NCBI GenBank assembly: GCA_034669925.1
Contig: JAXMOM010000005.1
Location: 45,345-109,344 of the forward strand
Direction: 5' to 3'
From: Sulfitobacter sp.
GTDB taxonomy: Bacteria > Pseudomonadota > Alphaproteobacteria > Rhodobacterales > Rhodobacteraceae
DNA length: 64,000 nt
Made by a program: the position numbers and the translations under genes. The notes under the pieces are model-generated. The model ran no database searches and was not told the DNA's origin. It saw only the letters and a program-made list of their open reading frames with translations. Below, piece after piece: positions 1 to 9,549 of the stretch. Each line of letters opens with the position of its first letter. The first letter of the stretch is position 1.

Positions 1-477
1 TTCGGCCAGCAGGGCGTGAACATCCAGCGGGCTGTTGACCATCTCGAGGTGACCATCGGCGTCACGCGGCCAATCCGCAGGGTCGCGGTCGCGGTAGAGC
101 TCGACACCATTGCCGTCAGGATCGCGCAGATAGACGGCCTCGGACACGCCATGGTCTGCGGCGCCGTCCAGCGGAATGCCGGCCTCGACCACCCGTTTCA
201 GCGCCGCTCCCAGGCTGGCGCGGTCGGGGAACACAAAGGCCGAGTGATACAATCCCGGCGCGCGGTCCGGCGCAGGGCCTGCGCCCTTGGAATGCCATGT
301 GTTCAGGCCGATGTGGTGGTGATAGTCGCCTGCCGCAAGAAAGGCCGCTTGGTCGCCGTACCGTTGGGTCAGCGAGAACCCCAGAACATCGCCATAGAAT
401 GCAATCGCGCGATCCAGATCGGACACTTTTAGATGGATGTGGCCGACACGGGTGTCGGCGGGAACTTTGCCGGGCAT
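1..477 (-). CDS. VOC (glyoxalase/bleomycin-resistance/extradiol dioxygenase) family protein, 3' end cut by the window edge
   Basis: Absent from the ORF track because there is no stop in the window. My translation from the ATG at 477-475 reads MPGKVPADTRVGHIHLKVSDLDRAIAFYGDVLGFSLTQRYGDQAAFLAAGDYHHHIGLNTWHS..., a typical VOC fold sequence. A GGAGG sits just upstream. Confidence 0.75.
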   Translation of the reverse strand, partial: MPGKVPADTRVGHIHLKVSDLDRAIAFYGDVLGFSLTQRYGDQAAFLAAGDYHHHIGLNTWHSKGAGPAPDRAPGLYHSAFVFPDRASLGAALKRVVEAGIPLDGAADHGVSEAVYLRDPDGNGVELYRDRDPADWPRDADGHLEMVNSPLDVHALLAE

Positions 478-560
478 GAGCGCCTCCTGAAACTGTGGTT
501 GCCTCTTAGATAGTCTGCGCTGCGCCCGCGCAAAAGACGACGACGCGCGCAGAGACGGTG

Positions 561-601
561 CGAAAATGCGCAAAGGGCGGATGCCGCAGCACCCGCCCTT
601 T
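561..601 (-). terminator. Putative rho-independent terminator downstream of trpS
   Basis: 9-bp stem AAAGGGCGG (572-580) with CCGCCCTTT (593-601). On the minus strand it is followed by the T-rich stretch GCGCATTTTCG. Confidence 0.5.
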
Positions 602-629
602 GTGATTTGGACCTGTCGTGGAAGGTGGC

Positions 630-1658
630 TCAGGCGCCAACCAGCCCGACGATTTCATAGGTCTTTTTCAGGATCGGCACCGTGATTTCGCGCGCCTGTT
701 CCGCACCGCGTGCCAGAATGCGGTCGATTTCGGCGGTGTCATCCAGCAACCGCGCCATCTCGGTCGAGATGGGCGACAGCTTGGCCACGGCCAGATCGGC
801 CAGCATCGGCTTGAACTCTCCGAACTGCTTGCCGCCCACATCGGCCAGCACCTGATCGACGGTCTGGTTGGTGAAGGCGGCATAGATGTTGACCAGATTG
901 CGCGCCTCGGGGCGGTCTTCCAGCCCCTTGGCCTCGGATGGAAGGGCGTCGGGGTCTGTCTTGGCCTTGCGGATCTTCTTAGCGATGGTGTCGGCATCAT
1001 CGGTCAGGTTGATGCGGCTGGCGTCCGACGGGTCCGATTTCGACATCTTCTTCGACCCGTCGCGCAGGGACATCACGCGGGTGGCCGCCCCTTCGATCAC
1101 CGGTTCGGTCATCGGGAAGAAATCGACGCCATAGTCGTGGTTGAACTTGGCTGCCACGTCGCGGGTCAACTCGATATGCTGTTTCTGGTCCTCGCCCACG
1201 GGCACGTGGGTCGTGTGATAGACCAGGATGTCGGCGGCCATCAGTGCGGGATATGCAAACAGCCCGAGCGAGGCTTTTTCGGCGTTCTTGCCGGCCTTGT
1301 CCTTCCACTGGGTCATGCGCTGCATCCAGCCCATGCGCGCCACGGTGTTGAATATCCACGCCAGTTGCGCGTGCTCGGGCACGGCGGACTGGTTGAACAG
1401 AATGGATTTTTCAGGATCGACGCCCGAGGCGATAAAGCCTGCGGTCAACTCGCGCGTGTTGTGGCGCAGCTTGTCGGGGTCTTGCCAGACCGTGATCGCG
1501 TGAAGGTCGACCATGCAGTAGATGCATTCGCGGCCTTCGTTCTGCATTTCCGAGAACCGCTTGAGCGCCCCCAGATAGTTGCCAAGTGTCAAACCGCCCG
1601 ACGGCTGGATGCCGGAGAATACGCGCGGTGTGAATTGCGATGCAGGAGCGTCAGTCAT
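630..1658 (-). CDS. trpS: Tryptophan--tRNA ligase
   Basis: 342-aa ORF with class I aaRS signatures ([22 protein letters not shown]). SD GAGGGGA lies upstream. Confidence 0.95.
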   Translation of the reverse strand: MTDAPASQFTPRVFSGIQPSGGLTLGNYLGALKRFSEMQNEGRECIYCMVDLHAITVWQDPDKLRHNTRELTAGFIASGVDPEKSILFNQSAVPEHAQLAWIFNTVARMGWMQRMTQWKDKAGKNAEKASLGLFAYPALMAADILVYHTTHVPVGEDQKQHIELTRDVAAKFNHDYGVDFFPMTEPVIEGAATRVMSLRDGSKKMSKSDPSDASRINLTDDADTIAKKIRKAKTDPDALPSEAKGLEDRPEARNLVNIYAAFTNQTVDQVLADVGGKQFGEFKPMLADLAVAKLSPISTEMARLLDDTAEIDRILARGAEQAREITVPILKKTYEIVGLVGA

Positions 1659-1731
1659 TTGGGTTCCCCTCTGGGCATTCGTGCGTGGCTGGCTTACCCA
1701 TGCGCCAAAGTCCCGTCAAGGAGAGCCACCG

Positions 1732-2412
1732 ATGCACGCCGATATGCAACCCCCCGTAAACCCGTTGCCGCCCGTCGTCTGGGCGCTGTTCGCCGCCATC
1801 ATGGGGGTAGAGGCGGTGCTGTCGCTGGGATCTGCCGGTGTCATTGGCGGCCCGGGTGCCGTGGGCTGGCGGCTGGCGGCGCTGCGCGATTACGGGTTTT
1901 CGGGCATCGCATTTGACTGGATGGTGGCCAACGGGATTTTCCCTTGGGAACACCTGTTGCGTTTTATTACCTATCCCTTTGTGCACTCGGGTTTCTCCAG
2001 CACGCTGTTTGCGGGCGTGATCCTGTTGGCGCTGGGCAAGCTGGTGGGCGAGGTCATGGGCCAACTGGCGGTTCTGGTGGTGTTCTTCTTTTCGGCCATC
2101 TTCGGGGCCGTGGTGTTCGGATTGGTCACCAATGCGCCGTGGCTGATTGGGGCGTTTCCCGCTGTGTACGGTCTGATCGGGGCTTATACGTTTTTGATGT
2201 GGCAAAAGCTGGCAGGCACCGGCGGGCAGCAGTTGCAGGCGTTTTCGCTGATTGGTGTCCTGATGGGACTGCAACTGCTGTTTGGCATCTTCTTCGAAGT
2301 GGGCGTCGAATGGGTGGCTGACCTGGCCGGTTTTGTCTGCGGTTTCGTGCTGTCCCTGGTCGTCGTGCCGGGCGGCTGGGCACGTCTGCGGATGATGATT
2401 CAGCGCCGCTGA
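1732..2412 (+). CDS. Rhomboid family intramembrane serine protease
   Basis: Polytopic membrane protein with rhomboid-like HSGFSSTLFAG and GAYT/GFVCG segments. I chose the internal ATG at 1732, which is preceded by AAGGAGAG. The ORF-track start at 1579 overlaps trpS. Confidence 0.75.
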   Translation: MHADMQPPVNPLPPVVWALFAAIMGVEAVLSLGSAGVIGGPGAVGWRLAALRDYGFSGIAFDWMVANGIFPWEHLLRFITYPFVHSGFSSTLFAGVILLALGKLVGEVMGQLAVLVVFFFSAIFGAVVFGLVTNAPWLIGAFPAVYGLIGAYTFLMWQKLAGTGGQQLQAFSLIGVLMGLQLLFGIFFEVGVEWVADLAGFVCGFVLSLVVVPGGWARLRMMIQRR

Positions 2413-2420
2413 CGTTGTTT

Positions 2421-2481
2421 TGGGGGCGCTGCCCCCGCGCCTTGCGGCGCGCCCCCGGAGTTTATCTGGCAAGATGAAGCC
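2421..2481 (+). repeat. REP-like intergenic repeat, copy a (two GC hairpins plus a GGAGTTTATCTGGCAAGATGAAG tail)
   Basis: Shares its core with the copies at 14375, 19275, 43437, 48902, 49091 (reverse orientation) and 59493. Lies between the convergent rhomboid and murJ genes. Confidence 0.7.
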
Positions 2482-2486
2482 GCGGT

Positions 2487-4025
2487 TTATTTGCGTTTGG
2501 CGGCGCGTTTGAAGTCGGAGAGCTTGAACGCGCCGATCAGGTGGCCCGTGCCAAAGTAGCTGACAGCCGCGATCAGGATCAGGATCAGCAGCGCGATATA
2601 GCGCAGACCCGCCGTGCCAAGTGGCCCCGACAAGGCCAACGCCGCAGCCCACAGGCAGACCCCCATCACGACCGAGGCCAGAATGATCCGCCAGATGCGT
2701 TTGCGAAAGCGGTCGTCAAAGCGGGCAACATCACCCATCGGGCGCGTTCCGTGGCGCAGCATCAGGACCATCGCCCAGCCTGCCGCAGTCGTGGCAATGG
2801 CAGGTGCAAGCCATCCGATCACCGGCGCAAGGCCCACGGCCAGAACCACGTTCACCCCCATGGTCCACAGCGCATAGCGAAACGGGCTGCGGGTGTCCGA
2901 GCGGGCAAAGAAAAGCGGTTGCAGGAATTTCTGGATCACGAAGGCAGGCAGACCCAGCCCATAGATCGCAACCGCCACGGCGATGGCGGCCACATCGTCC
3001 GGCCCGGTCGCGCCACGTTCAAACAAAACCGAGGTCAGCGGCAGCGGGATCACCATCAGCGCCACGGCGGACGGAATGGTCAGAGCCAGCGATATTTCGG
3101 CGGCGCGGCTCAGCGCATTGCGCGCACCGGCATCGTCGCCCGCCTTTAGGCGTCGAGACAGGTCGGGCAGCAGCACGATCCCGACGGCGATGCCAACCAC
3201 GCCCAGCGGCAGCTGGTACAGGCGGTCGGCGGCAAAAAGCCAGCTTACGGCCTTGTCGAATTGCGAGGCGACGACCTGGCCGACCACCAGATTGATCTGC
3301 ATCACGCCGGTGGCCAGCGCCGCAGGCACCGCAACGATCAGCATCTGGCGCATCTCGGGCGTCCAGCGCGGCAACCCGGGCGTCAGCGTGAACCCTGCGC
3401 GCGATGCGGCGGTCCACGTCAACGCCAGTTGGGCAATACCCGCCAGCGGAATGGTATAGATCAGCCAGACCACGACTTCGCCGCCGACCTGATGGGCGAC
3501 GATCATCGCAATGATCACAAAGATGTTCAGCAAGACAGGGGCCGCCGCCGCCGCCGCAAAGCGACCTGTCGCGTTCAGGATGCCCGAAAACAGCGCCGAC
3601 AGGGACATGAAGAAGATATAAGGAAAGGTGATCCGCCCGAAACCCACCGTCAGATCGAACCGTTGCGCATCGAACCCACCGGCGGTCGCCCAGACCAGCG
3701 CAGGCATGAACACCAGCCCCAGCGCCGTCAGCATCAGTGTGGCAAACATCAATCCGTTCAGCGCATCGCTGGCAAAGCGGTGCGGGTTGTCCTCGCCCTC
3801 CAGCCGAGCCGAGAACATCGGCACGAATGCTGCATTGAACGCACCCTCTGCGAAGAAACGGCGAAACATGTTGGGCAGCCGGAACGCGGCTACAAAAGCA
3901 TCCATCAAGGGCCCCGGCCCGATCAGGGACAGGATCAGGATTTCACGCACAAAGCCAAGGACGCGCGACAAAAGCGTCCACACTCCGACAGTCAAGAAGC
4001 CGGACATCAGGCGGATGGGTTTCAC
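2487..4025 (-). CDS. murJ: Lipid II flippase MurJ (MviN)
   Basis: N-terminus VKPIRLMSGFLTVGVWTLLSRVLGFVREILILSLIGPGPLMDAFVAAFRLPNMFRRFFAEGAFNAAFVP is canonical MurJ. Start taken at GTG 4025 (alternative ATG 4007). The upstream 187 codons of the 699-aa ORF are Arg/Pro/Ser-rich and non-MurJ. Confidence 0.9.
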   Translation of the reverse strand: MKPIRLMSGFLTVGVWTLLSRVLGFVREILILSLIGPGPLMDAFVAAFRLPNMFRRFFAEGAFNAAFVPMFSARLEGEDNPHRFASDALNGLMFATLMLTALGLVFMPALVWATAGGFDAQRFDLTVGFGRITFPYIFFMSLSALFSGILNATGRFAAAAAAPVLLNIFVIIAMIVAHQVGGEVVVWLIYTIPLAGIAQLALTWTAASRAGFTLTPGLPRWTPEMRQMLIVAVPAALATGVMQINLVVGQVVASQFDKAVSWLFAADRLYQLPLGVVGIAVGIVLLPDLSRRLKAGDDAGARNALSRAAEISLALTIPSAVALMVIPLPLTSVLFERGATGPDDVAAIAVAVAIYGLGLPAFVIQKFLQPLFFARSDTRSPFRYALWTMGVNVVLAVGLAPVIGWLAPAIATTAAGWAMVLMLRHGTRPMGDVARFDDRFRKRIWRIILASVVMGVCLWAAALALSGPLGTAGLRYIALLILILIAAVSYFGTGHLIGAFKLSDFKRAAKRK

Positions 4026-4296
4026 AAGGGGGCCTTTCGGATGCAGGTCTGGATCAGGGCCTAGCGGGTCAGGCGGGTGCGTGACAAGGGCCTGTCGCTG
4101 CGATGACAGGGCGCTGTGCAAATGGGGCACGGCGCTGCGGCAGTTTCTGCGCAGATTCCCGCCGGATTGGCCCGGGCGTGCATAAATGCGGCCTGATCGT
4201 GTCATTGTTGCCTGTGGCAGCACTGAAAGGGGCCAAAACTTGAGTTTGTTTGCGAGATCGTTTTGATGGATGGAATCACATCGCAAAGGACGCTTC

Positions 4297-5466
4297 ATGC
4301 CAGACGCCAGCACCGCCCACCTGTCCGCAGAGATGACCGCATGGCGGCGTGATTTCCATGCCAACCCCGAGCTTGGCTTTGCCGAGACGCGCACTGCGGC
4401 ACGGGTGGCCGAGCTGCTGGAAAGCTTCGGCCTAGAGGTGCATCGCGGCATTGGGCAGACTGGTGTCGTTGGGGTGTTGCAGCGGGGCAATGGCACGCGG
4501 GCGGTGGGCCTGCGCGCAGATATGGACGCGCTGCCGATCCGTGAAGCCACCGGGGCGGCCCACACCAGCCTGACCCGGGGCGTCATGCACGCCTGCGGTC
4601 ACGACGGGCACATGGCGATGCTGCTGGGGGCGGCGAAGCATCTGGCGGCGCACGGGCAGTTCAACGGGCGGGTGGTGTTCATTTTCCAACCCAGCGAGGA
4701 ACACGGCCAAGGCGCACAGGCGATGATCGCGGACGGGCTGTTCGAGCGGTTCGCGGTGGATCAGGTTTTTGCCATTCACAACATGCCGGGGCTGGCCGTG
4801 GGGCAGATGGAAACGCGGGCGGGACCGATGACGGCGTCCGAAGCACTGTTCGAGATCGACATCCGTGCGCGCGGCGGTCATGCCGCCCTGCCGCACCTTG
4901 GCGTCGATGCCATTATGGTGGCCTCGCAGGTGGTGGGCGCCTTGCAGACCATCGTGTCGCGCAAGCTGGACCCGGCGCAGAACGGCGTGGTTTCGGTCAC
5001 GGAATTCATCGCGGACGGCGGGCGCAACGTGCTGCCCGGCAGTGCGATCCTGAAAGGGGACGCGCGGGCGCTTGCCCCCGAGATCAACACAGCCATCGAA
5101 GCAAGGATGCACGAACTGGTTGAAGGCACCTGTGACGCTCATGGCGTGACAGGTGTGGTCACCTACGAAACGATCTTTGCCCCAACGATCAACGACGCCG
5201 ATGCGGTCGCTGCCGTGGCGGCTGCGGGAACTGCGGCGTTGGGTGCAGCCAATGTCGACACGTCATGCTTTCCCAAACTGTTCTCGGAAGACTTTGCCCA
5301 CATGGCGATGGCCCGACCGGGATGTTTCCTGCTGATGGGCAATGGCACCAAAGGCGCGCACGCCCGCCCGCTGCACGCATCTGACTATGACTTTAATGAT
5401 GCAGGCCTTGTGCCGGGGGCAGATGTCTGGGTGCATCTTGTGCAGGATGTGTTAGGGGCGGATTAA
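4297..5466 (+). CDS. M20 family amidohydrolase (N-acyl-L-amino acid amidohydrolase/hippurate hydrolase type)
   Basis: RRDFHANPELGFAE, HACGHDGH and the GNGT...LHASDYDFND motifs match the M20D/ILR1 family. ATG 4297 has AAGGA 7 nt upstream. Confidence 0.85.
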   Translation: MPDASTAHLSAEMTAWRRDFHANPELGFAETRTAARVAELLESFGLEVHRGIGQTGVVGVLQRGNGTRAVGLRADMDALPIREATGAAHTSLTRGVMHACGHDGHMAMLLGAAKHLAAHGQFNGRVVFIFQPSEEHGQGAQAMIADGLFERFAVDQVFAIHNMPGLAVGQMETRAGPMTASEALFEIDIRARGGHAALPHLGVDAIMVASQVVGALQTIVSRKLDPAQNGVVSVTEFIADGGRNVLPGSAILKGDARALAPEINTAIEARMHELVEGTCDAHGVTGVVTYETIFAPTINDADAVAAVAAAGTAALGAANVDTSCFPKLFSEDFAHMAMARPGCFLLMGNGTKGAHARPLHASDYDFNDAGLVPGADVWVHLVQDVLGAD

Positions 5467-5501
5467 GCCGCCCGCGGCTGGCGGCAAAGGCCACGCTGGC
5501 A

Positions 5502-8273
5502 TCACCCTTCGGCCCGCTGCGCCCCTTCGACGATGGCGGCGCGCAGCCGTTTTTCCAGCGTTTTCTGCTTGCTGGGCGTGTAGTATTTCAGCCCGAACAT
5601 ATCCTTCACATAGAAGGTATCGACGCACTGTTCGCCGTAGGTCGCGATGACCGCGTTGGCCACGTAGACATTGGACGACGCCAATGTGCGGGCCAGATCG
5701 TGCAACAGGCCGGGGCGGTCGCGGGTGTCGACTTCGATGATCGTATAAATCTCGGACCCGTCGTTGTCGAAAGTGATGTGCGTTGGCACGCGGAACACTT
5801 TCTCGCGTTTCTTGACCTTGTCGCGGTCCACCATCGCATCACGGGTGACGACCTCGCCGTGGAGCGTGCGTTCGATCATCTTGCGCAGGCGTGGCAGGCG
5901 GCTGGCGTCATAGGGCGTGTCGTCGGCATCCTGTATCCAGAACGCGTCGGTCACATAGCCGTCTTTGGTTGTATAGCTGCGCGCATCGACCACGTTGGCC
6001 CCGACCAGCGCAAGCGCGCCGGCCAGTCGTGCAAAGATACCCGGATGATCCTGCATCACGAAACAGACGCGCGTCGCGTCGCGGTCTTCGTCGGGGTGCA
6101 GGTCGATGCGAATTTCGTCGTCCCCGATGCCGCGCAGCAGGTTGGCAAAGACGACATGCGCGGTCTGGTGCAAGCCCTGCCAATAGGGTTCGTAGTGGCG
6201 GCCGGTTTCGGTCTGCACATCCTTGCGCGGCCAGTCGGCCAGCGCGGCACGCAAGGCCTTCTTAGCCTCGGCCCCCCGGTTTTCGCGGTTCAGAGCCTCC
6301 ATGCCATCCTCAAGCGCCGTGCGGGTCTGGCGGTACAGCGCGCGGATCAGCACGGCCTTCCAGTTGTTCCACGTGTTCGGCCCAACACCGCGAATGTCGC
6401 AGACGGTCAGCACACACAACATGTCCAGCCGTTCGACCGTGCGGACGGCCTTGGCAAAATCACGCACGGTGCGCGGGTCGGCGATGTCGCGTTTTTGGGC
6501 CATGTCGGACATCAGCAGGTGATAGCGCACCAGCCACTCCACCGTGTCCACTTCGTCCGGTTTCAGCCCCAGGCGCGGGCCGACCTTGCGGGCGATCTGT
6601 GCCCCCAGGATGGAATGATCTTCTTCGCGGCCCTTGCCGATGTCATGCAGCAGCAACGCCGCATACAGCACCCGCCGGTTCACCCCGGATTTCAGGATCG
6701 AGGTCGCCACCGGCAGGTCCTCGACGAGGTCACCATTCTCGATCTCGCTCAGGCTCATGATCGTCTGGATGATATGCTCGTCGACGGTGTAGGAGTGATA
6801 CATGTTGAACTGCATCATCGCCACGATCGGTTTGAATTCGGGGATGATGGCGCCCAGCACGCCCAGCTCGTTCATCCGCCGCAGCGCCCGTTCGGGGTTG
6901 CCGTGTTTCAGCAGCAGGTCCATGAAAATGCGCTGCGCTTCGGGCGAGTTGCGCACCGCGTCGTCGATCAGTTTCAGGTTCGATTTGACCAGACGCATGG
7001 CATCCGGGTGGATCAGCATGCCGGTGCGCAGGGCTTCTTCGAACAGACGCAGGATGTTCAGCGGATCGGCCAGGAATGCGGCGTCGTCGATGATGGCGAT
7101 GCGGTTGTGGATCACCTCGTAGCCGGACTTGATCTTGCGACGGCGGCCCAGCAGACGCTCCAAAAGCGGCTCGGCCTTCAGGTGATCCGCTTCAAGCCCG
7201 GTCAGGAAGATGCGCGTCAGGTCGCCCACTTCGGTGGCATGCAGGAAATAGGCCTGCATGAACACCTCGACCGCACGGCGGCCCGCCTTGTCCTCGTAGC
7301 CCATGGCGTCGGCCACCTGGACCTGCATGTCAAAGGTCAACTGCTCCGTCGGCCGCCCCGTCAGCAAATGCAGGTGGCAGCGCACCGCCCAGAGAAAACT
7401 TTCGGCGGCGGCGAAGCTGGCAAATTCGTCTTCGGTGAAGACGCCCAGTTGCACCAGATCGGCGGAGTCGTGGACGCCGTGAATGTATTTCGCGATCCAG
7501 AACAGCGATTGCAGGTCGCGCAGCCCGCCCTTGCCTTCCTTCACGTTCGGCTCGACCACATAGCGTTGACCCTGCCGTTTGTGACGCTCGTCGCGCTCGT
7601 GCAGCTTGGCCTCGACAAAGTCGCGGGCGGTGCCGGAAAACAGTTCGTCCCACAGGCGTTTGTCCAGCATTTCGGCCAGTTCAAAGTCGCCGCCGATAAA
7701 CCGGTGTTCCAGCATGGCGGTGCGAATGGTGAAATCCTCGCGGCCCAGCCGGATGCAATCCTTGACCGTGCGGGACGAATGGCCAACCTTCAGCCGCAAA
7801 TCCCACAGCATATACAGCATGGTTTCGATCACGTTCTCGGCCCAGGCGGTGATCTTGTAGGGCGTCAGAAACAGCAGGTCGACATCGGAAAACGGCGCCA
7901 TCTCGCCCCGACCATATCCACCGACGGCAATCAGCGACAGTCGCTCGCCGGCGGTGGGCGACACATTGGGATGGATGACTTCGGTGGCCAGCGTCATGAC
8001 CGACTGAACCAACTGGTCGGTCAGATAAGTATAAGCCGCAGTTGTGGCCCGCGCGGCAAAGGGGCGTTCGGCGAAGGCTTCGGCAATAGCGGCGCGGCCT
8101 TGCTTTTGGGCCTGTTGCAGCCATGCGACGATGGCAGTGCGCACGTCCGCCGGCGCGGCGTCGTTCTGCTGCGCCTTGATCAGCGCCTGCGCAAAGGCAG
8201 CCGCATCAAAAATCTCCTCCGGCGGACAGATCGTGTCGACCGCCAGAGGTGCAAGCTGGTGTGTGTCTTGCAT
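5502..8273 (-). CDS. glnD: Bifunctional [protein-PII] uridylyltransferase/uridylyl-removing enzyme
   Basis: 923 aa with a nucleotidyltransferase N-domain (GGYGRGEMAPFSDVDLLFL), an HD domain (LLHDIGKG) and two C-terminal ACT-like domains. Confidence 0.95.
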   Translation of the reverse strand: MQDTHQLAPLAVDTICPPEEIFDAAAFAQALIKAQQNDAAPADVRTAIVAWLQQAQKQGRAAIAEAFAERPFAARATTAAYTYLTDQLVQSVMTLATEVIHPNVSPTAGERLSLIAVGGYGRGEMAPFSDVDLLFLTPYKITAWAENVIETMLYMLWDLRLKVGHSSRTVKDCIRLGREDFTIRTAMLEHRFIGGDFELAEMLDKRLWDELFSGTARDFVEAKLHERDERHKRQGQRYVVEPNVKEGKGGLRDLQSLFWIAKYIHGVHDSADLVQLGVFTEDEFASFAAAESFLWAVRCHLHLLTGRPTEQLTFDMQVQVADAMGYEDKAGRRAVEVFMQAYFLHATEVGDLTRIFLTGLEADHLKAEPLLERLLGRRRKIKSGYEVIHNRIAIIDDAAFLADPLNILRLFEEALRTGMLIHPDAMRLVKSNLKLIDDAVRNSPEAQRIFMDLLLKHGNPERALRRMNELGVLGAIIPEFKPIVAMMQFNMYHSYTVDEHIIQTIMSLSEIENGDLVEDLPVATSILKSGVNRRVLYAALLLHDIGKGREEDHSILGAQIARKVGPRLGLKPDEVDTVEWLVRYHLLMSDMAQKRDIADPRTVRDFAKAVRTVERLDMLCVLTVCDIRGVGPNTWNNWKAVLIRALYRQTRTALEDGMEALNRENRGAEAKKALRAALADWPRKDVQTETGRHYEPYWQGLHQTAHVVFANLLRGIGDDEIRIDLHPDEDRDATRVCFVMQDHPGIFARLAGALALVGANVVDARSYTTKDGYVTDAFWIQDADDTPYDASRLPRLRKMIERTLHGEVVTRDAMVDRDKVKKREKVFRVPTHITFDNDGSEIYTIIEVDTRDRPGLLHDLARTLASSNVYVANAVIATYGEQCVDTFYVKDMFGLKYYTPSKQKTLEKRLRAAIVEGAQRAEG

Positions 8274-8279
8274 GTTTTA

Positions 8280-9461
8280 TCAGAATCCGGCGCCGCCAAA
8301 AGATTGCGGAGCCGCGTCGATCACGACGACCTGATTGTTGCGGATGGTTGCAATGGCCAGCCCGCGGTCGTTGGTGCCGTCGCTGCGCAGGCGGAAAATG
8401 CCCGAGGCGCCCTGGAATCCGGCGCCTTGCGTCAGGGCGGCGCCGGTCAGTGCGTTTGATTTGCCTTTGGCAACCAGCGCGCCGACAGCCGCGATGCCAT
8501 CAAACCCAAGGCTTGCGATGGGATGCGGGGTGCTGCCATATGCGGCCTGATACTTGGCGCTGAACGCAGCACTGCGCGCCGGATCGGGCAGGGCAAACCA
8601 GCCGCCTTGCAAGCCGGGCAGCGACAACGTGGGCGACGGAATGTCCCAACGGGTCAGGCCGATGTATTGGGTGACCGTGGGCTGAATGCCAGCCTCGGGC
8701 AGCAATTGCGCCAGCAGCGGCAGGGCCGAAGCAGTGGACGAGGTCATGAACACCGCATCGGCGCCCGAGCTGTCCACGGTGGATTTGATACGCGGTACGG
8801 CGTCGATCACGCCCTGTTGCGACAGCGGATAGTCCACGGAACCGGCCAAAGTCGCACCGCTGCGGGAAATGGCGTTCTGGATCGAGGTGCGGCCTAATTG
8901 GCCCGCTACGTCTTGGGCGCTGACCACGACGATACGCGATTTGCCTTGGCTGGCAGCATAGCTGACCAGACGGTCGGCGGTGGTCTGGAAGGTTGGCCCA
9001 AGCACAAAGACGTTGCCGCCCGCGATCGTGGTGTTGTTGGAAAATGCCAGCACGTTCACACCAGCACCCGCCGCTGCCACGCCTGCGGCATTGGCCGCTT
9101 CGGCATAGACCGGGCCGATGATGATCTTGGCACCATCGTTCACGGCTTGCGTGGCGACGCTGGCCGCAGTGGCGGCATTGCCTGCCGTGGCATAGACCCG
9201 CAGGTCAATCGCCACACCTGTCAGGTCGCGCATGGCAAGACGCGCGGCGTTTTCCAGGCTGTTGGCCAGCAGATCGTCCGAGGCAGAGCCGCCGCGCGGC
9301 ACCAACAGGGCCACCGGCACAGGCTTGGATGTATCAACCGAAGGGCCGCCTCGGCTGACACCCCCGGTCATACCGGCGTCACAGGCGGCCAGCGCAAGCG
9401 CGAACAGTGACAGAAACAGCAGGCGCAACGCCTTGCGGGCAGGTTGTAAAAACGCGAACAT
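8280..9461 (-). CDS. Penicillin-binding protein activator (LpoA-like) lipoprotein with a periplasmic-binding-protein fold
   Basis: Lipobox in the signal peptide MFAFLQPARKALRLLFLSLFALALAAC, and a type I PBP-like body. It is divergent from rsmI and next to yraN, as in the E. coli rsmI/lpoA/yraN locus. Start set at ATG 9461. Confidence 0.7.
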   Translation of the reverse strand: MFAFLQPARKALRLLFLSLFALALAACDAGMTGGVSRGGPSVDTSKPVPVALLVPRGGSASDDLLANSLENAARLAMRDLTGVAIDLRVYATAGNAATAASVATQAVNDGAKIIIGPVYAEAANAAGVAAAGAGVNVLAFSNNTTIAGGNVFVLGPTFQTTADRLVSYAASQGKSRIVVVSAQDVAGQLGRTSIQNAISRSGATLAGSVDYPLSQQGVIDAVPRIKSTVDSSGADAVFMTSSTASALPLLAQLLPEAGIQPTVTQYIGLTRWDIPSPTLSLPGLQGGWFALPDPARSAAFSAKYQAAYGSTPHPIASLGFDGIAAVGALVAKGKSNALTGAALTQGAGFQGASGIFRLRSDGTNDRGLAIATIRNNQVVVIDAAPQSFGGAGF

Positions 9462-9549
9462 GGTCCAGAGAACTCCCTCGGGTCTGGGCGGCGCAGAAGC
9501 CGCCTTGATTTGGCGAAGATCATAGAGGTCACGAAAGGCGGGTCCAGCG

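Noticed and set aside
16-432. 138-aa plus-strand ORF at the left edge of the window.
   Set aside because: The opposite strand encodes a clean VOC/glyoxalase-family sequence starting at 477 with an SD. The plus-strand ORF is its antisense shadow.
4026-4586. 187-codon N-terminal extension of the murJ ORF, giving the 699-aa version.
   Set aside because: The extension is Arg/Pro/Ser-rich and has no MurJ similarity. The canonical MurJ N-terminus begins at 4025/4007, and the extension would overlap the start of the divergent amidohydrolase gene.
5700-8459. 919-aa ORF on the plus strand, antisense to glnD. Similar long antisense ORFs occur at 618..1916, 21541..23010, 30540..31715, 33700..35445, 38023..39246, 39365..41161, 45906..47141, 47271..48836, 50742..51929, 54076..55437 and 59386..61146.
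   Set aside because: Each lies opposite a gene with unmistakable family motifs. Their translations are Arg/Gly/Ala/His/Pro-rich low-complexity sequences with no recognisable domains or SD. Long stop-free antisense frames are expected in GC-rich DNA with strong GC3 bias.
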